This document shows positions 54,201-64,000 of a stretch of 64,000 nt of DNA, one piece after another. The DNA is from Eledone cirrhosa. Its lineage: Eukaryota. The stretch spans positions 168,826,001 to 168,890,000 of the forward strand of contig OZ024742.1 of NCBI GenBank assembly GCA_964016885.1, read 5' to 3'. The notes under the pieces were generated by a model. That model made no database searches. It was given only the letters and a program-made list of their open reading frames with translations, and was not told the origin of the DNA. A program made the translations under genes and the position numbers. Numbering within the stretch: position 1 is the first letter of the stretch; each line of letters begins with the position of its first letter.

Positions 54201-57200
54201 CCCCCTGATTTTTTTACAAATTATCTCCCCCCTGATTTTTTTTACAATCTCCGCCTGATTTTTTAAAAAATTATCTTCCCTTGGCTGGCGGGAAATTATC
54301 TCCCCTTGGACGGCTGGAAATTATATCCCCTTGGACGGCTGGAAATTACCTCCCCTTGGACAGCTGGAAATTATCTGCCCTTGATTTTGTTTTTACAAAT
54401 TATCTCCCCCTGATTTTTTTTACAAATTATCTCCACCTGATTTTTTAAAAAATTATCTCCCCTTGGACGGCTGGAAATTATCTGCCCTTGATTTTTTTAC
54501 AAATTATCTCCCCCTGATTTTTTTTACAAATTATCTCCCCCTGATTTTTTTTTTACAATTTATCTCCCCCTGATTTTTTTACAAATTATCTCCCCCTGAT
54601 TTTTTTTACAAATTATCTCCGCCTGATTTTTTTAAATATTATCTTCCCTTGGCTGGCGGGAAATTATCTCCCCTTGGACGGCTGAAAATTATCTCCCCTT
54701 GGACGGCTGGAAATTATCTCCCCTTGATTTTTTTTACAAATTATCTCCCCCTGATTTTTTTTTACAAATTATCTCCCCCTGATTTTTTTTTACAAATTAT
54801 CTCCCCCTGATTTTTTTTTACAAATTATCTGCCCCTGATTTTTTTTACAAATTATCTCCCCCTGATTTTTTTACAAATTATCTTCCCTTGGCTGGCTGGA
54901 AATTATCTCCCCTTGGAGGCTGGAATTTATCTCCCCTTGGACGGCTAGAAATTACCTCTCCTTGGACGGCTGGAAAATATTTCTCCTTGGACGGCTGGAT
55001 ATTATCTACCCTTGGGCGGGTGGAAATTATCTCCCCTTGGACGGCTGGAAATTATCTCCCCTTGGACGGCTAGATATTACCTCCCCTTGGACGGCTGGAA
55101 ATTATCTCCCCTTGATTTTTTTTACAAATTATCTCCCCCTGATTTTTTTTTTACAAATTATCTCCCCCTGATTTTTTTACAAATTATCTCCCCCTGATTT
55201 TTTTTACAAATTATCTCCGCCTGATTTTTTTAAATATTATCTTCCCTTGGCTGGCGGGAAATTATCTCCCCTTGGACGGCTGAAAATTATCTCCCCTTGG
55301 ACGGCTGGAAATTATCTCCCCTTGATTTTTTTTACAAATTATCTCCCCCTGATTATTTTTTACAAATTATCTTTCCCTGATTTTTTTTTACAAATTATCT
55401 CCCCCTGATTTTTTTTACAAATTATCTCCCCCTGATTTTTTTACAAATTATCTCCCCTTGGCTGGCTGGAAATTATCTCCCCTTGGTGGCTGGAATTTAT
55501 CTCCCCTTGGACGGCTGGAAATTATCTCTCCTTGGACGGCTAGTAATTACCTCTCCTTGGACGGCTGGAAAATATGTCTCGTTGGAGGGCTGGAAATTAT
55601 CTCCCCTTGGACGGCTGGAAATTATCTCCCCTTGGACGGCTGGAAATTATCTCTCCTTGGACGGCTAGAAATTACCTCTCCTTGGACGGCTGAAAATTAT
55701 CTCTCCTTGGACGGCTGGAAATTATCTCCCCTTGGACGGCTAGATATTACCTCCCCTTGGACGGCTGGAAATTATCTCCCCTTGATTTTTTTTACAAATT
55801 ATCTCCCCCTGATTTTTTTTACAAATTATCTACACCTGATTTTTTTACAAATTATCTCCCCCTGATTTTTTTTACAAATTATCTCCGCCTAATTTTTTTA
55901 AATATTATCTTCCCTTGGCTGGCGGGAAATTATCTCCCCTTGGACGGCTGAAAATTATCTCCCCTTGGACGGCTGGAAATTATCTCCCCTTGATTTTTTT
56001 TACAAATTATCTCCCCCTGATTTTTTTTTACAAATTATCTCCCCCTGATTTTTTTTTACAAATTATCTCCCCCTGATTTTTTTTTACAAATTATCTCCCC
56101 CTGATTTTTTTTACAAATTATCTCCCCCTGATATTTTTTACAAATTATCTCCCCCTGATTTTTTTACAAATTATCTCCCCTTGGCTGGCTGGAAATTATC
56201 TCCCCTTGGAGGCTGGAATTTATCTCCCCTTGGACGGCTAGAAATTACCTCGCCTTGGACGGCTGGAAAATATGTCTCCTTGGACGGCTGGAAATTATCT
56301 CCCGTTGGACGGCTGGAAATTATCTCCCCTTGGACGGCTGGATATTATCTACCCTTGGACGGCTAGATATTACCTCCCCTTTGACGGCTGGAAATTATCT
56401 CCCCTTGATTTTTTTTACAAATTATCTCCCCCTGATTTTTTTTTACAAATTATCTCCCCCTGATTTTTTTTTACAAATTATCTACCCCTGATTTTTTTTT
56501 ACAAATTATCTCCCCCTGATTTTTTTTACAAATTATCTCTCCCTGATTTTTTTTTACAAATTATCTCCCCCTGATTTTTTTTTACAAACTATCTACCCCT
56601 GATTTTTTTTTACAAATTATCTCCCCCTGATTTTTTTTACAAATTATCTCCCCCTGATTTTTTTACAAATTATCTCCCCCCGATTTTTTTTACAAATTAT
56701 CTCCGCCTAATTTTTTTAAATATTATCTTCCCTTGGCTGGCGGGAAATTATCTCCCCTTGGACGGCTGAAAATTATCTCCCCTTGGACGGCTGGAAATTA
56801 TCTCCCCTTGATTTTTTTACAAATTATCTCCCCCTGATTATTTTTTACAAATTATCTCCCCCTGATTTTTTTTTACAAATTATCTCCCTCTGATTTTTTT
56901 ACAAATTATCTCCCCTTGGCTGGCTGGAAATTATCTCCCCTTGGAGGCTGGAATTTATCTCCCCTTGGACGGTTAGAAATTACCTCTCCTTGGACTGCTG
57001 GAAAATATGTCTCCTTGGACGGCTGGAAATTATATCCCCTTGGACGGCTGGAAATTATCTCCCCTTGGACGGCTGGAAATTATCTCTCCTCGGACGACTA
57101 GAAATTACCTCTCCTTGGACAGCTGAAAATTATCTCCCCTTGGACGGCTGGAAATTATCTCCCCTTGATTTTTTTTACAAATTATCTCCCCCTGATTTTT

Positions 57201-60200
57201 TTTTACAAATTATCTCCCCCTGATTTTTTTTTACAAATTATCTCCCCCTGATTTTTTTTACAAATTATCTCCCCCTGATATTTTTTACAAATTATCTCCC
57301 CCTGATTTTTTTACAAATTATCTCCCCTTGGCTGGCTGGAAATTATCTCCCCTTGGAGGCTGGAATTTATCTCCCCTTGGACGGCTAGAAATTACCTCGC
57401 CTTGGACGGCTGGAAAATATGTCTCCTTGGACGGCTGGAAATTATCTCCCCTTGGACGGCTGGAAATTATCTCCCCTTGGACGGCTAGATATTACCTCCC
57501 CTTGGACGGCTGGAAATTATCTCCCCTTGATTTTTTTTACAAATTATCTCCCCCTGATTTTTTTTTACAAATTATCTCCCCCTGATTTTTTTTTACAAAT
57601 TATCTACCCCTGATTTTTTTTACAAATTATCTCCCCCTGATTTTTTTTACAAATTATCTCTCCCTGATTTTTTTTTACAAATTATCTCCCCCTGATTTTT
57701 TTTTACAAATTATCTACCCCTGATTTTTTTTTACAAATTATCTCCCCCTGATTTTTTTTACAAATTATCTCCCCCTGATTTTTTTTACAAATTATCTCCC
57801 CCTGATTTTTTTACAAATTATCTCCCCCCGATTTTTTTTACAAATTATCTCCGCCTAATTTTTTTAAATATTATCTTCCCTTGGCTGGCGGGAAATTATC
57901 TCCCCTTGGACGGCTGAAAATTATCTCCCCTTGGACGGCTGGAAATTATCTCCCCTTGATTTTTTTACAAATTATCTCCCCCTGATTATTTTTTACAAAT
58001 TATCTCCCCCTGATTTTTTTTTACAAATTATCTCCCTCTGATTTTTTTTACAAATTATCTCCCCTTGGCTGGCTGGAAATTATCTCCCCTTGGAGGCTGG
58101 AATTTATCTCCCCTTGGACGGTTAGAAATTACCTCTCCTTGGACTGCTGGAAAATATGTCTCCTTGGACGGCTGGAAATTATCTCCCCTGGGACGGCTGG
58201 AAATTATCTCCCCTTGGACGGCTGGAAATTATCTCTCCTCGGACGACTAGAAATTACCTCTCCTTGGACAGCTGAAAATTATCTCCCCTTGGACGGCTGG
58301 AAATTATCTCCCCTTGATTTTTTTTACAAATTATCTCCCCCTGATTTTTTTTTACAAATTATCTCCCCCTGATTTTATTTTACAAATTATCTCCCCCTGA
58401 TTTTTTTTACAAATTATCTCCCCCTGATATTTTTTACAAATTATCTCCCCCTGATTTTTTTACAAATTATCTCCCCTTGGCTGGCTGGAAATTATCTCCC
58501 CTTGGAGGCTGGAATTTATCTCCCCTTGGACGGCTAGAAATTACCTCGCCTTGGACGGCTGGAAAATATGTCTCCTTGGACGGCTGGAAATTATCTCCCC
58601 TTGGACGGCTGGAAATTATCTCCCCTTGGACGGCTGGAAATTATCTCCCCTTGGACGGCTAGATATTACCTCCCCTTGGACGGCTGGAAATTATCTCCCC
58701 TTGATTTTTTTTACAAATTATCTCCCCCTGATTTTTTTTTACAAATTATCTCCCTGATTTTTTTTTACGAATTATCTCCCCCTGATTTTTTTTTACAAAT
58801 TATCTCCGCCTGATTTTTTTTTTAAAATTATCTCCCCTTGAACGGCTGGAAATTATCTCCCCTTGGACGGCTGGAAATTATCTCCCCTTGGACGGCTAGA
58901 AATTACCTCTCCTTGGACGGCTGAAAATTATCTCCCCTTGGACGGCTGCAAATTATCTCCCCTTGATTTTTTAACAAATTATCTCCCCCTGATTTTTTTT
59001 TACAAATTATCTCCCCCTGATTTTTTTTTACAAATTATCTACGCCTAAGTTTTTTTACAAATTATCTCCCCCTGATTTTTTTTTACAAATTATTTCCCCC
59101 TGATTTTTTTACAAATTATCTCCCCCCTGATTTTTTTTACAATCTCCGCCTGATTTTTTAAAAAATTATCTTCCCTTGGCTGGCGAGAAATTATCTCCCC
59201 TTGGACGGCTGGAAATTATATCCCCTTGGACGGCTGGAAATTACCTCCCCTTGGACAGCTGGAAATTATCTGCCCTTGATTTTGTTTTTACAAATTATCT
59301 CCCCCTGATTTTTTTTACAAATTATCTCCACCTGATTTTTTAAAAAATTATCTCCCCTTGGACGGCTGGAAATTATCTCCCCTTGATTTTTTTACAAATT
59401 ATCTCCCCCTGATTTTTTTTACAAATTATCTACCCCTGATTTTTTTTTTACAAATTATCTCCCCCTGATTTTTTTACAAATTATCTCCCCCTGATTTTTT
59501 TTACAAATTATCTCCGCCTGATTTTTTTAAATATTATCTTCCCTTGGCTGGCGGGAAATTATCTCCCCTTGGACGGCTGAAAATTATCTCCCCTTGGACG
59601 GCTGGAAATTATCTCCCCTTGATTTTTTTTACAAATTATCTCCCCCTGATTTTTTTTTACAAATTATCTCCCCCTGATTTTTTTTTACAAATTATCTGCC
59701 CCTGATTTTTTTTACAAATTATCTCCCCCTGATTTTTTTACAAATTATCTCCCCTTGGCTGGCTGGAAATTATCTCCCCTTGGAGGCTGGAATTTTATCT
59801 CCCCTTGGACGGCTAGAAATTACCTCTCCTTGGACGGCTGGAAAATATTTCTCCTTGGACGGCTGGATATTATCTACCCTTGGACGGGTGGAAATTATCT
59901 CCCCTTGGACGGCTGGAAATTATCTCCCCTTGGACGGCTAGATATTACCTCCCCTTGGACGGCTGGAAATTATCTCCCCTTGATTTTTTTTACAAATTAT
60001 CTCCCCCTGATTTTTTTTTTACAAATTATCTCCCCCTGATTTTTTTACAAATTATCTCCCCCTGATTTTTTTTACAAATTATCTCCGCCTGATTTTTTTA
60101 AATATTATCTTCCCTTGGCTGGCGGGAAATTATCTCCCCTTGGACGGCTGAAAATTATCTCCCCTTGGACGGCTGGAAATTATCTCCCCTTGATTTTTTT

Positions 60201-61612
60201 TACAAATTATCTCCCCCTGATTATTTTTTACAAATTATCTTTCCCTGATTTTTTTTTACAAATTATCTCCCCCTGATTTTTTTTACAAATTATCTCCCCC
60301 TGATTTTTTTACAAATTATCTCCCCTTGGCTGGCTGGAAATTATCTCCCCTTGGTGGCTGGAATTTATCTCCCCTTGGACGGCTGGAAATTATCTCTCCT
60401 TGGACGGCTAGTAATTACCTCTCCTTGGACGGCTGGAAAATATGTCTCGTTGGAGGGCTGGAAATTATCTCCCCTTGGACGGCTGGAAATTATCTCCCCT
60501 TGGACGGCTGGAAATTATCTCTCCTTGGACGGCTAGAAATTACCTCTCCTTGGACGGCTGAAAATTATCTCTCCTTGGACGGCTGGAAATTATCTCCCCT
60601 TGGACGGCTAGATATTACCTCCCCTTGGACGGCTGGAAATTATCTCCCCTTGATTTTTTTTACAAATTATCTCCCCCTGATTTTTTTTACAAATTATCTA
60701 CACCTGATTTTTTTACAAATTATCTCCCCCTGATTTTTTTTACAAATTATCTCCGCCTAATTTTTTTAAATATTATCTTCCCTTGGCTGGCGGGAAATTA
60801 TCTCCCCTTGGACGGCTGAAAATTATCTCCCCTTGGACGGCTGGAAATTATCTCCCCTTGATTTTTTTTACAAATTATCTCCCCCTGATTTTTTTTTACA
60901 AATTATATCCCCCTGATTTTTTTTTACAAATTATCTCCCCCTGATTTTTTTTACAAATTATCTCCCCTTGGCTGGCTGGAAATTATCTCCCCTTGGAGGC
61001 TGGAATTTATCTCCCCTTGGACGGCTAGAAATTACCTCTCCTTGGACGGCTGGAAAATATGTCCTTGGACGGCTGGATATTATCTACCCTTGGACGGCTG
61101 GAAATTATCTCCCCTTGGACGGCTGGAAATTATCTCCCCTTGGACGGCTAGATATTATCTCCCCTTGGACGGCTGGAAATTATCTCCCCTTGATTTTTTT
61201 TACAAATTATCTCCCCCTGATTTTTTTTACAAATCTAATGATTTTTAAAAAAAAATTATCTCCCCTTCGCTGGCTGGAAATTATCTCCCCTTGGACGCTG
61301 GAAATTATAGCCCCTTGGAGGGCTGGAAATTATCTTCCCTTGGACGGCTGGAAATTATCTTCCCTTGGACGGCTGGAAATTATCTCCCCTTGGCTCGAAA
61401 TTATCTCCCCTTGGACGGCTAGAAATTATCTCTCTTTGGACGGCTGGAAATTATCTCCCTTTGATTTTTTTTACAAATTATCTCCCCCTGATTTTTTTTA
61501 CAAATCTCCCCCTGATTTTTAAAAAAAAATTATCTCCCCTTCGCTGGCTGGAAATTATCTCCCCTTGGACACTGGAAATTATAGCCTCTTGGAGGGCTGG
61601 AAATTATCTTCC
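42189..61612. repeat. Super-unit 3 (19424 bp): a copy of super-unit 2 lacking 28 bp, 56 bp and 2468 bp
   Basis: The offset to unit 2 steps from 21976 to 21948 (21429/43377), to 21892 (22991/44883), to 19424 (35464/54888). Confidence 0.88.
47723..51662. repeat. 1917-bp higher-order repeat, about 2 tandem copies (paralogue of 25831-29770)
   Basis: ORF offsets 47985/49902, 48555/50472 and 49250/51167 are all 1917. The same GATTTTCTTTAC variant is present. Confidence 0.9.
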
Positions 61613-61640
61613 CTTGGACGGCTGGAAATTATCTCTGCTT
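61230..61640. repeat. Diverged landmark cassette, copy 3
   Basis: Same diagnostic variants as copy 1; ORF translations at 60968 and 61365 are identical to those at 19568 and 19965. Confidence 0.9.
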
Positions 61641-64000
61641 GATTTTTTTTACAAATTATCTCCCCCTGATTTTTTTTTACAAATTATCCCCCCCGATTTT
61701 TTTTACAAATTATCTCCCCCTGATTTTTTTTACAAATTATCTCCCCTTGGACGGCTGGAAATTATCTCCCCTTGGACGGCTGGAAATTATCTCCCCTTGG
61801 ACGGCTAGAAGTTACCTCTCCTTGGACGACTGAAAATTATCTCCCCTTGGACGGCTGCAAATTATCTCCCCTTGATTTTTTTTACAAATTATCTCCGCCT
61901 GATTTTTTTTTTAAAATTATCTCCCCTTGGACGGCTGGAAATTATCTCCCCTTGGACGGCTGGAAATTATCTCCCCTTGGACGGCTAGAAGTTACCTCTC
62001 CTTGGACGGCTGGAAATTACCTCCCCTTGGACGGCTGGAAATTATCTCCTTGGACGGCTAGAAATTACCTCTCATTGGACGGCTGAAAATTATCTCCCCT
62101 TGGACGGCTGGAAATTATCTCCCCTTGATTTTTTTTACAAATTATCTCCCCCTGATTTTTTTTTACAAATTATCTCCCCCTGATTTTTTTTTTACAAATT
62201 ATCTCCGCCTGATTTTTTTTTAAATTATCTCTCCTTGGACGGCTGGATATTATCTCCCCTTTCATTTTTTTTACAAATTATCTCCCCCTGATTTTTTTTT
62301 ACAAATTATCTCCCCCTGATTTTTTTTTACAAATTATCTCCCCCTGATTTTTTTTTACAAATTATCTACCCCTGATTTTTTTTTACAAATTATCTCCCCC
62401 TGATTTTTTTTACAAATTATCTCTCCCTGATTTTTTTTTACAAATTATCTCCCCCTGATTTTTTTTTACAAATTATCTACCCCTGATTTTTTTTTACAAA
62501 TTATCTCCCCCTGATTTTTTTTACAAATTATCTCCCCCTGATTTTTTTACAAATTATCTCCCCCCGATTTTTTTTACAAATTATCTCCGCCTAATTTTTT
62601 TAAATATTATCTTCCCTTGGCTGGCGGGAAATTATCTCCCCTTGGACGGCTGAAAATTATCTCCCCTTGGACGGCTGGAAATTATCTCCCCTTGATTTTT
62701 TTACAAATTATCTCCCCCTGATTATTTTTTACAAATTATCTCCCCCTGATTTTTTTTTACAAATTATCTCCCTCTGATTTTTTTTACAAATTATCTCCCC
62801 TTGGCTGGCTGGAAATTATCTCCCCTTGGAGGCTGGAATTTATCTCCCCTTGGACGGTTAGAAATTACCTCTCCTTGGACTGCTGGAAAATATGTCTCCT
62901 TGGACGGCTGGAAATTATCTCCCCTTGGACGGCTGGAAATTATCTCCCCTTGGACGGCTGGAAATTATCTCTCCTCGGACGACTAGAAATTACCTCTCCT
63001 TGGACAGCTGAAAATTATCTCCCCTTGGACGGCTGGAAATTATCTCCCCTTGATTTTTTTTACAAATTATCTCCCCCTGATTTTTTTTTACAAATTATCT
63101 CCCCCTGATTTTTTTTTACAAATTATCTCCCCCTGATTTTTTTTACAAATTATCTCCCCCTGATATTTTTTACAAATTATCTCCCCCTGATTTTTTTACA
63201 AATTATCTCCCCTTGGCTGGCTGGAAATTATCTCCCCTTGGAGGCTGGAATTTATCTCCCCTTGGACGGCTAGAAATTACCTCGCTTTGGACGGCTGGAA
63301 AATATGTCTCCTTGGACGGCTGGAAATTATCTCCCCTTGGACGGCTGGAAATTATCTCCCCTTGGACGGCTAGATATTACCTCCTCTTGGACGGCTGGAA
63401 ATTATCTCCCCTTGATTTTTTTTACAAATTATCTCCCCCTGATTTTTTTTTACAAATTATCTCCCCCTGATTTTTTTTTACAAATTATCTACCCCTGATT
63501 TTTTTTTACAAATTATCTCCCCCTGATTTTTTTTACAAATTATCTCTCCCTGATTTTTTTTTACAAATTATCTCCCCCTGATTTTTTTTTACAAATTATC
63601 TACCCCTGATTTTTTTTTACAAATTATCTCCCCCTGATTTTTTTTACAAATTATCTCCCCCTGATTTTTTTTACAAATTATCTCCCCCTGATTTTTTTAC
63701 AAATTATCTCCCCCCGATTTTTTTTACAAATTATCTCCGCCTAATTTTTTTAAATATTATCTTCCCTTGGCTGGCGGGAAATTATCTCCCCTTGGACGGC
63801 TGAAAATTATCTCCCCTTGGACGGCTGGAAATTATCTCCCCTTGATTTTTTTACAAATTATCTCACCCTGATTATTTTTTACAAATTATCTCCCCCTGAT
63901 TTTTTTTTACAAATTATCTCCCTCTGATTTTTTTTACAAATTATCTCCCCTTGGCTGGCTGGAAATTATCTCCCCTTGGAGGCTGGAATTTATCTCCCCT
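61613..64000. repeat. Start of super-unit 4 (truncated by the window end)
   Basis: Collinear with 42189 onward at offset 19424 (43377/62801, 43789/63213). Confidence 0.85.

Larger units (their letters stand above)
1..64000. repeat. Composite two-monomer tandem satellite array: A = AAATTATCTCCCCTTGGACGGCTGG (25 bp); B = AAATTATCTCCCCCTGA(T)7-10AC (26-29 bp); alternating runs, all in the same orientation, open at both window ends
   Basis: Directly visible throughout: every stretch read parses into A or B monomers or point/indel variants of them. No inversion or foreign insertion was seen. Confidence 0.99.

Noticed and set aside
1-64000. The many short plus-strand ORFs as protein-coding genes
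   Set aside because: They are overlapping translations of the same two monomers in all three frames, mostly with TTG starts. The 25-bp period and variable T-tracts ignore codon phase, and there are no recognisable domains.
1-64000. CRISPR array (constant repeat plus variable spacer)
   Set aside because: The constant part is only 16 nt, and the intervening parts are 9-13 nt of just two types, not unique spacers. There is no leader and no cas gene.
1-64000. Telomerase-synthesised telomeric tract (C-rich plus strand; 25-bp unit similar in size to some budding-yeast telomere repeats)
   Set aside because: It matches no telomere repeat I know. Variants are inherited in kb-scale HOR blocks, which points to recombinational amplification and not templated addition. 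A recombination-maintained terminal or subtelomeric location cannot be excluded from this window.
1-64000. G-quadruplex or i-motif array from C4-C5 runs
   Set aside because: The runs are separated by about 21-24 nt, far longer than canonical loops, so stable intramolecular structures are not supported by sequence alone.
1-64000. Pure sequencing or simulation artefact
   Set aside because: Variants are shared hierarchically, indels are whole-monomer and junctions fall in homology, as expected of a real evolving array. Exact copy numbers of the near-identical blocks still need read validation.

Overview
The whole 64-kb window is one uninterrupted, head-to-tail, single-orientation satellite array; I found no unique sequence, credible gene, RNA gene, transposon or CRISPR array. 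It is built from two related monomers that share a 16-nt core, AAATTATCTCCCC(T/C)TG. Monomer A is 25 bp (core + GACGGCTGG, 52% GC). Monomer B is 26-29 bp (core + A-T7..10-AC, about 30% GC). From length alone there are roughly 2,400 monomers. They alternate in runs with a stereotyped order of variants, forming modules of about 0.4-0.75 kb. These modules are nested into higher-order repeats (HORs) of about 1150, 1917 and 3090 bp, and those into about 20-kb super-units (20212, 21976 and 19424 bp) punctuated by a diverged landmark cassette. Diagnostic variants expose several recombination, deletion and conversion junctions. All ORFs in the track are by-products of the repeat. The architecture resembles eukaryotic centromeric, pericentromeric or subtelomeric satellite (inference). 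I do not recognise the family or the organism. Periods were derived from offsets between identical ORF-track entries and spot-checked in the sequence; boundaries are approximate.
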